A DNA stretch of 64,000 bases from the human T2T-CHM13v2.0 reference genome, Homo sapiens. Positions within the stretch are counted from its first letter, which is position 1. The number at the start of each line of letters is the position of its first letter. The stretch lies in the NCBI RefSeq assembly GCF_009914755.1, contig NC_060927.1; one strand, written 5' to 3'. A model generated the notes under the pieces. It was not told the DNA's origin and did no database searches. It was given only the letters and a program-made list of their open reading frames with translations. The position numbers and the translations under genes are program-made. This document shows, in pieces, positions 13,407-29,415 of the stretch.

Positions 13407-15096
13407 ACCAATGCAGAATATTTTCAAACAGCTTAAGTTATTTCAATTTGAGGCAACGAATCAAGGAAGTATAACTTGGCAAGGATCAGGTTATTGTATT
13501 TGCTTAATGGAAAGTGGAGAAACCAGAAATTTTTCCAAAGTGATTCCATATTATAAATTCTTATTCCATTATCGATGTCACTTAAACCGATTATTGAAGA
13601 ATATAATTGAGTAAAAAGGAACTTGTTTGAAGAAGGCATTGGAAAAATCATGAAGGAATAAAATTGAAGCTCTAAACTATTTTTTTCTTTCTGCCTGCCT
13701 TCATAAAAAAAAGTGATGCTTCTATTCACTTCTTCTGATAATCTAAATGCAAAGTGGGATGATCAGTGAACCTTTTAGTAACATTGGCCACTTCTTGGTA
13801 TAGACTTATCAGTGTTTAGATTTTACAGGTAAAGCCTCACCAGCAATCCGTTAGGATATGATATGCTATCATACGTTTACAGAGTAGTGTGAAATTAAGT
13901 GCAAATTTGCCTTTGCTGAGAGTGTTAGCATTTTATGTCTTTTAACTTTTTGAGAAGTAAAAGATATCGGTGCTCAATTAAAAATGTTGGACATGAATGC
14001 ACAGGGTGGGAAGGATGAAGGCAGATAAAAGAACATCTTAGAGACTCTAAATTTATGCCATGTAAGCTGTCTGTGCTCTACCTGCGCCAATTGTATTTAT
14101 TTTCATTGGCACATTTATTGAATCTAGGTTAAAATATTTTCTATAACTCTTTAAAACAACATCAGTCAGAATTCCATGTAAATGATTTATCACCCTTCCC
14201 CCGCCCACACCTTGACAAGAACCCCTCTGAGTTTTGTATAACATCTTTCAGTTGAAAGGACATTTACAGAGAAATACGTTCATGCCATAGATTTCAGCAT
14301 ACACCAAGAAACAATGTGCCTTCATAATTTAGTGTGTAGTCTAAGTTAAAAACAGAACCCTCCGTGAATTATTGCTCCCTGTAGTCAAAATGTGCCTTGT
14401 TTCACTGCCCATAAAACAATATGAAAAGTGGCATTATGATGGATTCAGTAGTTATACCATATGCCAGGATATTTTTCTGAAAATATCTTCCCTTAAATAT
14501 CTAACAAAACCGGTAGCTCATGATGGGTTGACACAAACCTGATGCATACGCATCTCTAAACACTTTCTGCATACTTGAAAAGGCCCTAGAGTATAGTGAA
14601 AGAACAATAAGTTGTTAGCATTATTTCAATAATTAAATAATCAGGGAGTTAGACGATGGCACTTGTAACTTCCAAGTGACTGATCTGTAGTGACATAGTC
14701 ATATCCTTTAAAGGATATATGCTCACAACTTTATTAGGCCTAAATGCTATCATGCCATCTGTGACAATAATTCTAGAGTGTGTCAATTGCTTAACATTTA
14801 AATGATGCTACTCTGGAGCAATAGTAATATTTTCTAAACTAATACAATACTTGAAGAAATTTCTGTTAATGTTAATGTTATTAATAGCCAATAAGTTAAA
14901 AAATAAAAGGAAGAGTCCATTTTGGGGGTGAACAATTCATTATTTTCTACTATACAATAATGGCTTAAAAAGATAAATTTATTTTTGAGCTTTGATACAA
15001 CTATTTTCAGACTTGCTTTAGAACAAAGAGGTGAATATACAAGTAAGCTTTTGCACACATCATAAGTATTCAGAAGACGTTCTAAATTTAGCATGA

Positions 15097-15417
15097 GGCT
15101 TGGTGCGGTGGCTCACGCCTGTAATCCCAGCACTTTGAGAGGGCGAGGCTGGCGGATTGCTTGAGCCCAGTAGTTTAACACCATCCTGGCCAAGATGGTG
15201 AAACCCCGTCTCTACGAAAAAATACAAAAATTTGCCGGGTGTGGTGGCGCAGGCCTGTAATCCCAGCTCCTGGAGAGGCTGAGGCAAGGTAATCCTTTGA
15301 ACCTGAGAGGTAGAGTTTGCAGTGAGAGCCAAGATCACGCCACTGCACTCCAGCCTGGGTGACGGAGTGAGACTCTGTCTCAAAAATAAAATAAAAATAC
15401 ATAAAATTAAAAAAAAA
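15097..15417 (+). mobile_element. Alu (AluJb/early AluS-like)
   Basis: Full dimer with J-type gattgcttgagccc. TSD aaatttagcatga / aaatgtagcatga. Confidence 0.95.
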
Positions 15418-15459
15418 TGTAGCATGAAAACCTCAACTAAAATTTTCACCATCTTTTCC

Positions 15460-15550
15460 ATCCACTCCTCTATCTCCACAGCAGAGTCAGCTGTCTGAGG
15501 AAGATATAATAAATAGACCTCAAATGAATGAATGAATAAATGAATAAAAT
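15460..15550 (+). mobile_element. L2 3' tail remnant
   Basis: aataaata...aatgaatgaatgaataaatgaa, the (TGAA)n tail typical of L2. Confidence 0.5.
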
Positions 15551-16055
15551 GTTTTCTATCATTCAAGCTACTTTTTTTAAAAAGAGCAGTGTTCCAATTA
15601 CTTAAAGCCCTTCATTAAACTTATGCAATCTGACATTTCTCCCTTTCTATAGTTTCATCTCATCCTCTGTTGTCTTCTCTCCATTTGTACAGTCTTTTTT
15701 CTATCTCCACACTCTTTCCAAGTAACTATTGAAAAAGGGAAAATACCAAAACCAGCTTTTAAAATGTTTTATATGTTAAAAGAAAATTAGTTGATAATTC
15801 TAAGAAAAACTAGTAATTAGAAGTAAATTGTTATGTTTCGTTTTTTAAAAAGCTGCATGGCCAAAAAGTAATTCTAACTGGGCATAATTAGTCCCAGGTT
15901 TGATCTTTGCAGAAAAAAAGAAAAAAGAAAGGTAATAAATTTGCTGTGGATATGCTACTCAGTTTCTTTTTGGAAACAATATAAAACTATGACCATAATC
16001 TCAAATGTCCTAGTTTAAAAGTTTTGTTTGTAATGTCATAGAAATTAATATGATG

Positions 16056-16418
<363 letters not shown>

Positions 16419-16589
16419 TTAACATGATGAAGATGTATGCTGTGTAATAAACAGTTGATACTTTTATTCGTAGTGTATATACATGATACTCCACGTTGTT
16501 AAAAAATAAAAGATGACTGTTACTCAATTCACAATCCATCTTCGCACATTAAATTGTACCAAATAGTGTACAACTATTAGATTTTGTAA

Positions 16590-16768
16590 ATAGGAGATGG
16601 GGCATAGAGCCTTAAGATGAGACATTATTTAATGGGTATAATGTATGTTATTCTAGTGATGGATACATTAAAAGACCTGACTTCACCACTATACAATATA
16701 TCAATGTAACCACATTACGATTGGACCCTGCAAACTTATACAAATAAAATAAAATTAAAAAATAAAAT
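16590..16768 (+). mobile_element. L1PB-like 3'UTR fragment
   Basis: atttaatgggtataatgta...aaaagacctgacttcaccactatacaatat...atacaaataaaa. Same family as 1-706. Confidence 0.85.
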
Positions 16769-16769
16769 T

Positions 16770-16900
16770 ATTTGCCTATTGGTTGCATGATCTTGGGAAA
16801 TTCATTTAAGACTCAGAGGTTTACTCATCTTTAGAATAGGGACATTATAAATATGTTCTACCAGAATAATTTTAATTGTTAAGAAGACAATGATAAATTA
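16770..16900 (+). mobile_element. MIR fragment
   Basis: MIR core-like gatcttgggaaattcatttaa...tttactcatctttagaataggg. Confidence 0.55.
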
Positions 16901-17373
16901 CTGTGTATACTTTAAATAGTAAAATAACTATTTACTGATAACAGATTAATTTTTCTTTGCCTAGGAAACTAGGACATTGATATCTCAGGTGTACGAGGCT
17001 CTTGACTATTTTCCATGAGATGATCTTATGTAAGTTCAGCTAAGAAGAAAACATAAACTGCAACTTAAATGATATAGTACCACAAAGCTTGGGTTAGTCC
17101 ATCCCCAAGAGATAGTTAATATGACATATTAGAAAGCATAACATATCTGTAAAGTTTTTATATTCTGTTTTATGTCACAATAGATCGTGCATGCTTGGTG
17201 CTTTGTAATAATTTTACTGGACATTGAAGGAGCTGTTTTTGTCTACCACTAACCCCAGAAATCAAAATGAGAAAGGAAAATATATAATAGCATGTCATGA
17301 CTGTCAATCACTTTGGGTATAAAAAAAGACTGTAAGTCAGCTCACTCTTAGGAAAACAGTGACTATATCTTGT

Positions 17374-17667
17374 CAGGGGTCCCCAACTGCTGGTTCTGAT
17401 CAGTGGTCTATTAGGAACTGGGCAGCACAGCAGGAGGTGAGGAGGTCGGGGAGCAAACATTACCAGCTGGGATCTCCCTCCTGTCAGATCAGTGGCAGCA
17501 TCTAAGAGTGAAACCTATGTGAACTGCACAAGTGAAGGATCTAGGTTGGGTGCTCCTTATAAGAATCTAACTAATGCCTGATGATCTGAGGTAGAAGGAA
17601 CAGTTTCATCCCGAAAATTGCCTTCCACGAAACCAGTCCCTGGTGCCAAAAAGGTTGGGGACTGCTG
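17374..17667 (+). mobile_element. MER1B (hAT-Charlie non-autonomous DNA transposon)
   Basis: Terminal inverted repeats caggggtccccaac / gttggggactgctg, plus internal aaaccagtccctggtgccaaaaaggttggggac. Confidence 0.92.
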
Positions 17668-19189
17668 TTGTACATGAAGTTTTTCAATAAACTTCACATT
17701 ATTTGTCCCTCCTAAGAAAGCAGGAGAGGGTTCCTCATTGTTCAGGGTTTTGAAAATATTGAAGAAATCTCCCTTCTACTAATAAACTTACAATATAAAT
17801 TAATTCATTCTTAGTAGAAAATTAATTGGCTTTGTTGAAAAATGACTATAACTATAGTTGGCCTTTACTGTGCTAAATATGTGACTGCTTAAAAAAATAA
17901 TTCATTTAGGGCTTGTCATGAAGTAAATCTTATCTCTAGCCAAGAAGTGCCTTAAATAGTTTCTTAGTCATTTACAGATGATGAAGTGTCTCTTCATGTT
18001 ACAATATGATAGCCCTGTAGTCGTTGTTCTGGCAAAAGCACATTATTTGAATGAAACATAGATCATGATATTTTTTAATTTGATACTTTTCAAAGTTCTC
18101 AAATAAGTTCATTGTTTGAGGGGATTCTACTTGGTTTAATCCTTATATGATCATGATTTATTGATCATGGATTGGGAAATTTATTATTATAAAATTATCC
18201 TTTTAGTTGAGGTTTCTTATGCACCTACGAGGACATTATTAAATGTTTTTATTTTTCTAATGTGATTAAGAACCTCCTGAACATCTTGTCTTAATCTAGA
18301 CGAACCTGAGGATAACACAGTAATCAGGTCTGCTGAAACAGGTTATCCTATATAGCTGTGTATTTGCAAACTTAGGTCCTGAGTTAGGCTTGATTTGCCC
18401 TTAGAGCTCGTTTCTATTCCAGGAACATGGGGCATTATGTCTTAGTTGTAAAAATGGTTATTATATTAACAAGACCTCTAGATCTTACGGAAGCCACCTT
18501 CTTCTCTCAGATTATTCATCTCCATTTCTTGGTCTTTTGACATTGATTCTAATAAATTTGGGGCTCAAAACAGCTGCAAAAGATGTATCTGTTAATCCTT
18601 AGAACTTACTTTACTATAAGCTAATAGCTAATTATTATAACAAATAATTTATAAGGTAAATTCTTTGATGCCCCCAAAGCTAAACCATTATGAGTAAGAT
18701 GAATGAGATGTATAATAACATATTTGGTTGGGAAACAAATACAATACAATAAATCATCACAATTTATGTGCCTGTTGCTAATTAAAAGCAATGTTTATGA
18801 TGGTTATTTCTGATGTCCTTTTGCATTTGAATACTTCAGAGTATTGATTTGGTACATTGTAAAGCAAATCCTTCACTTATTTTACTTCTTTTCTTCACTC
18901 CTCCTCTTACTTTTTGATGTTAATATTAGTAATTCAGAAAGAAAAATAAAATTTTCTAATTTTTCCCCAAAATATATTGCTTCTTATGTTAACAATTTTA
19001 GTGTCATTTTTCAATGTCTTAACATCATGAGAGTTGGTAAATTTTATTTTGAAAATTAAAATATAAAAGCCTACAGGAATTTCATCCATAAATGCACTTA
19101 ATTTAGACCAACTTAAATTTAAAATTATATTGTCAGAAAGTCTTGTTAGTTGAAACTCACTCGATTCTTGGAAATTTCATTAATAGTTC

Positions 19190-19330
19190 AAAGAATGGTG
19201 GGTTAATAGAATGAGTCCTGAATTAATATCTTGTCTCTGTCACCAATAACACTGGGAGCCTTCAGCAAGTTGCCTATAATCTCTTATGCATTTCTATTTA
19301 TAGGTAGACTGGAATAAATATTACTGCCTT
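19190..19330 (+). mobile_element. MIR fragment
   Basis: Degenerate MIR: tctctgtcacc...ccttcagcaagttgcctataatctct. Confidence 0.45.
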
Positions 19331-19379
19331 AAATTTTTAAAGGAAAATATATATTTTTTTATTCTTCAGTGTTTTTCTA

Positions 19380-20772
<1,393 letters not shown>

Positions 20773-21182
20773 ATACTCATTTTCTAGGAGAGTATTACTC
20801 TGACACCAAAGCCAGGAAAAAGAAATCTCAAGAATATTTAAAGATACATCCATATATCACATGAATGTAGATGTAAAAATCATCAACAAAATATTACTAA
20901 ACCAAATTCAGCAATGTATAACTGGTATTATACATAATGACGAGTTTACTAGAACAAAGAAGTTAACCAAGGTCAGAAAATAAAATGTCAACATATATAT
21001 TGTATATTTATATAATAATGATAAAATATGTAAATAAAATTAAGAAAATAATTCCATTAACAATAGAACATCAGAAAGAATAAAATACTGAGGAATAAAC
21101 TTAACAAAATAAGTGAAATTATATATGCTAGAAACTACAAAATATTACTAAAATACTTTAAAAAAAACCTAATATGAAGTCA

Positions 21183-21652
<470 letters not shown>

Positions 21653-22361
21653 AATCTTAAGATTTTTAAAGAAAAAAAAAAAAAAGGAACCAGAAGTAGA
21701 CAAATGAGAAGAACAAAGGTTTAGGTCATATACTTCCTGATTTCAAAACTTAACTGTGACATAAAAAATATATATGTATATACATATTAATATGGCAGTC
21801 CAGAAATTGAAATAAATTCTTGAAATTGCAGTCCAATGATATTGAAGTAAAGAGGTAAACCTTTACATCTATGAGAAATTGATTTCTGACAAAAGGGCTA
21901 AGGTATTTAATAAGGGAAATAAAATACTTTAAAATAGGTGCTGGGACAATTGCATATTCACAAGTTAAAAAGTAAATTTGCACTTTTACCTTACACCATA
22001 CATAGAATTTAACTATAAATGAATCATAGACAAAAATATAAGATTTAAGTTTTAAAGCTCTTAGAACAAAACAAAAGAAAATATTGCTATGATCTTGGGT
22101 TGTTATAATTTTTTGTTTAGAAATAACAAAAGCATAAGTGATTTCAATATTAATAAGACTTCATCAAACGTCATACTTTTGCACTTCAAAATGTAGCATT
22201 GAGAAAGTAAAAAGGCAAACCGAGGAATAAGAGAATGTATTTGGAAATATATCAAATGAGAAATTTTATACAGCTTATATATTTTTTACAAAAACCTCTA
22301 CCACAAAAATATGAAGACAAGAAAATAAAAGATGTAAATAGGGATTTCCTCAAAGAACATA

Positions 22362-25300
22362 CAGTTGGGCCATGGGTTCCACACCCATGTATTCAACCAA
22401 CCATGGATCAAAATTTTAAAAATAGTAATAATAATAATACAATGAGATTTGAGACAAGGTGTCCAACTAGTCGCAGTTAGTTGGACATCTGCCACCATAG
22501 TACTGGGACACTAAGAAGACTAGTGCATTCCTAGCATATGTTCATAAAGAAGGCATTGAGGGTTGACAGAGAAAAGGTACAGATGCTGGGCTGAACTGGG
22601 AGGAAGCTGAGAACCCTGTATGAGGCTACCACACTCTAGGACTCATTCCTGGCCCCCAGGTACTCCTGGGAAAAAGGTGAATTGAGCAGGTGAGGAGTGA
22701 CCTGCTCTCTCCATTGACCTCTGGAATCCTGGTAGCAAGAGACCCCATGAAACCCAACACTTGAGCCTGGAGAGAGAACTGCTTAGAGAGTTGGTAGGAG
22801 CAGGACTTCAGCCCATGTGGAGCCCAGAGGATTTGGGGCAAAAATGTCTGCAGAGGAGCATGGACAGAGATGCCCATCCTCGAAGGCTGCTTTTCTCCCC
22901 CGTATGAGACTCTAGCCTTAAGGGAACTTTCAGACTTTAACAGGGCAATTTTGCCCGTGAGATAGGACCAGTCTGACCTGAGGGCCCCTCTGTATGCTGG
23001 CCTCTCCCAGGGTCCTGTGCACTCGCCGTGCTGGTGCTGCTGCTGAGATGAGAGAAGGAGCATGAGCAAATGAGCATAAGTCCTGCTGCCACCACCCAAT
23101 GAAGCACTTTTGCTGGCAGCTCACTTTGGAGTGCTGCAGTCAGCAATCCAGGAATACCTCAACCCCTCCAACACAGCAGGCACACCAGCTTCCCAAATTC
23201 GAGGGGACGGAGAACAAAGCTGGGGGCCTGTTACCAGTCCCCAAGAGTTAGAGTCCACAGCCCAGGAGTGCGGAGCTGAGTCTTGGCCCCTCCATAATCT
23301 ATAAGAAAGAAAGCTAGTCTACTGAATTCACCTTACAACACAATCAAACTCCCAAAGACATCAAACAAAATAAAAGAAAAAAAAATCCAAAAGACAGCAC
23401 ATTCAAATATTGAAAGAACATCACCCATAAAGATGAGAAAGAACCAGCACAGGAACTCTGGCAACTCAAAAAGCCAGAGTGTCTTCTTACCTCTAGATGA
23501 CCACACTAATTCCTCAGCAGTAGTTCTCAACCAGGTTGAAATGGCTAACATGCCGGAAATTGAATTCAGATTATGGATAAGAATGACATTTATTGACATT
23601 CAAGAGAAAGTTGAAACCTAATCCAATGATTCTAAGGAACAAACTAATATGATTCAGAAGATAAAAATGAAATGGCCATTTTAAGAGCTGGTACTATTCT
23701 TACTGAACCTATTCCAAAAAAATGGAGGAGGAAGAACTCTCTAATTTATTCTATGAGGCCACCATTATCCTGATACCCAAACCTATCAGACATACAACAA
23801 AAACAACAAAACTTCAGGCCAATATCCTTGATGATCATAGATGCCAAAATCCTCAACAAAATATTAGCAAATCAAATCCAGCGGTACCTCAAAAATCTAA
23901 TCTCCCATGATCAAGTAGGTTTTATCCCTGGGATGCAAAGTAGCTTCAATATATGCAAAATAATAAATGTGATTCATCACATAAACAGAACTAAAAGCCA
24001 AAAACACATGATTATTTCAACTGATGCAGAAAAGGCTTTTGATAATTTCAATGTCTCTTCATTTTAAGAACTCTCAATAAACTAGGCATTAAAGGAACAT
24101 GCTTCAAAATAGTAAGAGCCATTTATGACAAACTCACAGCCAGCATCATACTAGATGTGCAAAAGCTGGAAGCATTTCCCTTGAAAACCACAACAAGACA
24201 AAGATACCTACTCTCAGCACTCCTATTCAACACAGTACTAGAAGTCCTGGCCAGAGCGATCAGGCAAGAGAAGAAATGAAGGGCATTCAAGCAGGAAGAG
24301 CAGAAATCAAACTATCATTTTCTGCATATTGTATAATTCTACATCTCGAAAAATCTATAGTCTCAGCCCCAAAGCTCCTCCAGCTGATAAACAACTTCAG
24401 CAAAGTTTCAGGATACTAAATGAATGTACAAAACTCAGTAACATTCCTATACACCAACAATATCCAAGCTGAAACCAAATCGAGAACACAATCCCATTCA
24501 CAATAGCCACGCAAAGAGGAAAATATATAGGAATACAACTATCAATAGAGGTGAAAGATCTCTACAACAAGAATTACAAAACATTCCTCAAAGAAATCAG
24601 AGATGACGCAAATGATAACGTATTTCATGCTCATGGATTAGAAGAATCAATATTGTTAAAATGGCCATACTATACAAAGCAATTTATAGATTTAATGCTA
24701 TTCCAATCAAATTACCAATGACATTCTTCACAGAATTAGAAAATAAACTATTTTAAAATTTATGTGGGACCAAAAAAGAGCCCAACTACCCAAGGTATAC
24801 CTAATCAAAAAGAACAAAGCTAGAGGCATCATGTTACCCAATTTCAAACTATACCGTAATACAAAGCCACCTTAACTAAAACAGCATAGTACTGGTACCA
24901 AAACAGACATGTAGTCCACTGGAACAGAACAGGGAGCCCAGAAAAAAGGCCACAAGCCTACAGCTATCTGATCTTCAACAAGCTGACAAAAGCAAGTGAT
25001 GGAGAAAGAACATCCTATTCAATAAATGGGGCTAGGATAACAGGCTAGTGATGTGCAAAAGATTGAAACTGGACCCCTTCCTTATACCATATACAAAATT
25101 CAACCCAAGAAGGATTAATGACTTAAATGAAAAACCTAAAACTCTGAAAACCTTGGAAGATAATGTAGGAGATACCATTCTGGACAGAGGACCAAAGATT
25201 TCATGACAAGTCACCAAAAGCAATTGCAACAAAAACAAAAATCGACATATGTGACCTAATTAAACTAACGAGCTTCTGCACAGAAGAAACTAGCAACAGA

Positions 25301-26460
25301 ATAAAGAGACAACCTAAGGAATAGGAGGAAATATTTGCAAACTTGCATTAGACAATGGTGTAATATTCAGAATCTATAAGGAACATAAATTTACAAAGAG
25401 AAAACAAACAACCCCATTAAAAAGTGGGCAAAAGACATGAACAGACACTTGTCAAAAGAAGACATATGTAGGGCCAACAAGCATGTGAAAAAATGCTCAA
25501 CATCACTAATCGTTAGAGAAATCGATATCAAAACTGCGATGAGATAGGTTTCTCACTCCAGTCAGACTATTAGTAAAAAATTTGAAAATAACGGATGCTG
25601 GTGAGTTTGCAGAGAAAGGGGGAATCCTTACAAACTGGTGGTGGGAATGTAAATTGGTTTAGCTATTGTGGAAAGCAGTTTAGCAATTTCTCAAAGAATT
25701 TAAAATAGAATTACTGTTTGACCCAGCAATTCCATTATTGGGTATATAGCCAAAAGAATATAAATCATTCTATCATAAAGACACACACTTGTATGTTCAT
25801 CAAAGCTGTATTCACAATAGCAAAGACATGGAATCAACCTAAATGCCCAACAATGGTAGACAGGATAAAGAAAATATGGTACATATACACCATGGAATAC
25901 TATACAGCCATCAAAAGAATGAGATCATGTCCTTTGTGCAACATGGATGGAGCTGGAGGTCATTATCCTAAGCAAACTAGCACAGCAACAGAAAACCAAA
26001 TACTTCATGTTCTCACTTATAAATGGGAGCTAAACATTGAGTAAGTATGGACACGAAGAAGGAAATGACACTCACCAGGGCCTACTTGAAGGTGAGGGTG
26101 GAAGAAGAGTGAGGATCAAAAAACTACCTATCGGTACTATGCTTATTACCTGATTGATGAAATAATCGGTACACCAAAGCACCGAGACACGAAATTTACC
26201 TATATAAGAAACCTATACATATACCCCTGAACCTAAAATAAAAATTAATATAAGTAAAAAACAATACAGTAAAAAAGATTTACAAACATTTACATTGTAT
26301 TATGTGTCATGAATAAGCTAAAGATCATTTAAGTATAGAAGATGTATATAGGTTATATGTAAATACTGTGCCATTTTACACTGAGGACTTGAGTATATTT
26401 AAATTTTGTTATCTGTGGGGGTCCTGACACAAATCCCCCATGGATTCTGAGGGATGACTG
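22362..26460. mobile_element. MER2/MER2B (Tigger-type), split into 22362-22443 and ~26255-26460 by an L1
   Basis: Left end cagttg..atgggttccacacccatgtattcaaccaaccatggatc. Right end aatcccccatggattctgagggatgactg. Flanking TA dinucleotides. Confidence 0.88.
22444..26255 (+). mobile_element. L1PA15-like element with both ends present and a large internal deletion
   Basis: GC-richer 5'UTR, then ORF1 start 23433 (MRKNQHRNSGNSKSQS). It jumps at ~23682 to the ORF2 pre-RT region ([26 protein letters not shown]). 3'UTR gaggatcaaaaaactacctatc. Confidence 0.92.
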
Positions 26461-26727
26461 TATATAATATCACAAGTACATGCAAAGATGTTCAATGACA
26501 TTAGTCTTAAGGAAAACGCAAGTCAAAATTACAGGAAATATTACCTCACACCCACTAGGTTACTAAAATAGAAAAGAAAGGCAATAACAAGTATCAATGA
26601 GATTTTTACAAATTAGAGCCCCATACACTGCTGTTGGGAGTATAAAATGCTGTAGCCACTTAAGAAAATGATTTGACAGTTTTTAAGATGTTTAAAAATA
26701 TGTTTATCATATGACAAAACAAGTCCA

Positions 26728-26822
26728 CTCCACTGCAACCTCCACCTCCCAGGTTCAAGCAATTCTCCTGCCTCAACCTCCCTAGTAGCTGGGAGTACAG
26801 GCTGCCGCCACCATGCCTGGCT

Positions 26823-26856
<34 letters not shown>

Positions 26857-26974
26857 TAGAGACGGTGTTTCACCATGTTGACCAGGCTGGTCTCAAACTC
26901 TTGGCCTCAACTGATACACCCACCTCGGCCTCCTGAAATGCTGGGATTACAGGTGTGAGCCACTGCGCCCAACC
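26728..26974 (-). mobile_element. AluS lacking its 3' end and tail; central linker expanded to T30
   Basis: The reverse Alu begins at cactgcaacctcc with no poly-T tail. T run at 26825-26854. Confidence 0.93.
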
Positions 26975-27700
26975 CTATAGCAACCCGTTTATAATAGACA
27001 AAAAGTGGAGACAATCCAGAAGTCCATAAATTGATGAATGGCTACACAAACCTGGCATATTTATACAATGGAATATTACTCAACATCGGAGGAAAATACT
27101 AATACATGCTACAATATGTAGATAACTTCAAAAATGTTATGCTAAGTGTAAAAGCCAGGCATTTTAAATATTATAAAATTTCACTTATATAAAATATCCA
27201 GAAAAGGAAAACCTATGGAGACACAAAGTAGATTGTTTGTTGTTTGGTGCTAGGGTTGATAGTGGGAAGTGACTACAAATGTGAATGAGGGATCTTTTGA
27301 ATGTGAAAGAAATGGTCTAAATTTGGATTGTGATAACAGTTTCACAACTCTGTTAATTTCACCAAAATTTTAAATTATACGCATAAAAAGTACACATTTT
27401 ATGGTATGATAGTTATACCTCGATAAGATTTTCTAAAATATACAACGACAGAGCATCAATAAGTTCTGAATCAACATAAAAATGCCACAGCACAGTAACT
27501 GGATGACAGAATGAAGTGAAAAAGACAGAAAAATTTCATAAAATAATATCTGAAAATGTTTCAAATTTGATGAAAATTAATAACCTACAATTCCAATAAG
27601 TCCAAGGAATCCCAATGATAAATATGAAGATTGCTACATAATACTTATAATCAAACTGCTTAAAATGAGTGAAAACCAGAAAAATGTGAGAACAACTCTA

Positions 27701-28012
<312 letters not shown>

Positions 28013-28511
28013 ATACGAAAGTTGAAATAATCCATCACTAGCAGTTCTACAATATAAGATATTTTAAAGAAAGTAACTCACAAAAAAAAAGATAGCAAAT
28101 GGAAATCTGGTTTTCCTCCAAAGGAATAAAAGGCAATAATAATGGTAGTTATATAAAATAGATTTTTATTCCAATATCTTTTATGTTTTGAGGTTTATAG
28201 ACAAAAATAATAATAATGTAGTTGGGGTTTGTAACCTATGTACATGGAACATGAAGATATAAAAATCTATACTCTAAACACTAAAGCAACCACTAAAATA
28301 AAACAATGAATGGGCAAATATAATGAATCAAAGAAAAAATGGAATAAAAATCTGTAATCACATCAAAAGAAGGCAAACAATAAAGGGAAACAATGGATGA
28401 GACAAAGGTAATACAGCTCGCAGGATGGAGAGTTTAAACCCAAGCTGATCAACAATCATATCAAATGGAAATAGTCTGAACAATCTAATTATAAGGCAGA
28501 GATTATCTTAT

Positions 28512-28668
28512 CATCAGAAAAAATAACTAATGGGTACTAGGCTTAATTCCTGGGTGATGAAATAATCTGTACAACAAACCCCCATGAATATTCTGTACAA
28601 CAAACCCCAAGTTTACCTATGTAACAAACCTGCACATGTAGCCCTGAACTTAAAAGCTGAAACAAAGT
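28512..28668 (+). mobile_element. Short L1PA13-like 3' end
   Basis: aaaaataactaatgggtactaggcttaa..ctgggtgatgaaataatctgtacaacaaaccccc...ctgaacttaaaa, with an internal duplicate of tctgtacaacaaacccc. Confidence 0.88.
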
Positions 28669-29239
28669 AAGCTTCAGCTGTATGCTATCTATGAAAAGTC
28701 CACCTTAAGTATAAAAATGCCAATAGATTAAGAGGAAAAAGAGGGAAAAGCTCTTCTTTGCTGTTCCTAAAAGGTGCACTTGATTGTTTATATTAAGATC
28801 ACACAAAGTAAATTTTATTATTTTTTTACATGATTTAATTATTATATATAATCATACATGTTAACATTTATATATATATATATAATTTATTTTGTTGTTG
28901 GCTCATTAGGGCATATTAAGCTGCTTGTTAATACTCCTGTAAAGAAAGAATAGACAATTGTGTTCTGAAAATGGCTCCCCACAATGTCGTCATAATAGAG
29001 CTTCCCAGGATAATTTCAACCATATAGCCCAAGAAAGTTAGCTCTCAAAATAAAGCAGTTTTTGTAAACACCCATGAAATAATGTCCTTCATTCGGGATT
29101 TTGATCAAGTTGCTCTGGCCTTTCTCACTGAACCCAAAAATTTTAAATACATTTTTCAGATTAAGATCAAATAGAGCATTCATGGGAAACTTTCTCCATG
29201 ATAGTCAGTTAGAATCGATCCCACTCCTCTTCCTACCTG

Positions 29240-29415
29240 AGCCCCCATTCAAGGTCTTTCCTCATTCTGCCTTGCATTAAATCTTATTAATGAGTACAGT
29301 TGAGCTTATTCATAGAGTCTATGAAGACTGGACTCTGTAAAACAGGCATCTTTAATCAATTGTACTTTGTAGCACTGTGCTTTGCACAGAGTGGACATTC
29401 GGTACATTTTGTTGT
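29240..29415 (+). mobile_element. L2 3' remnant
   Basis: gtagcactgtgctttgcacagagtggacattcggtacattttgttg resembles the L2 tail. Confidence 0.45.

Noticed and set aside
15060-15566. 168-aa minus-strand ORF, plus similar ORFs at 19498..19815, 33305..33529, 39873..40124 and 57455..57856
   Set aside because: These are translations of Alu sequence (LSPRLECSG-type peptides), a well-known false-ORF source.
22626-23099. 157-aa antisense ORF in an L1 5'UTR, superficially like ORF0
   Set aside because: It starts at TTG, shows no resemblance to ORF0 that I recognise, and is an expected by-product of the locally higher GC content.
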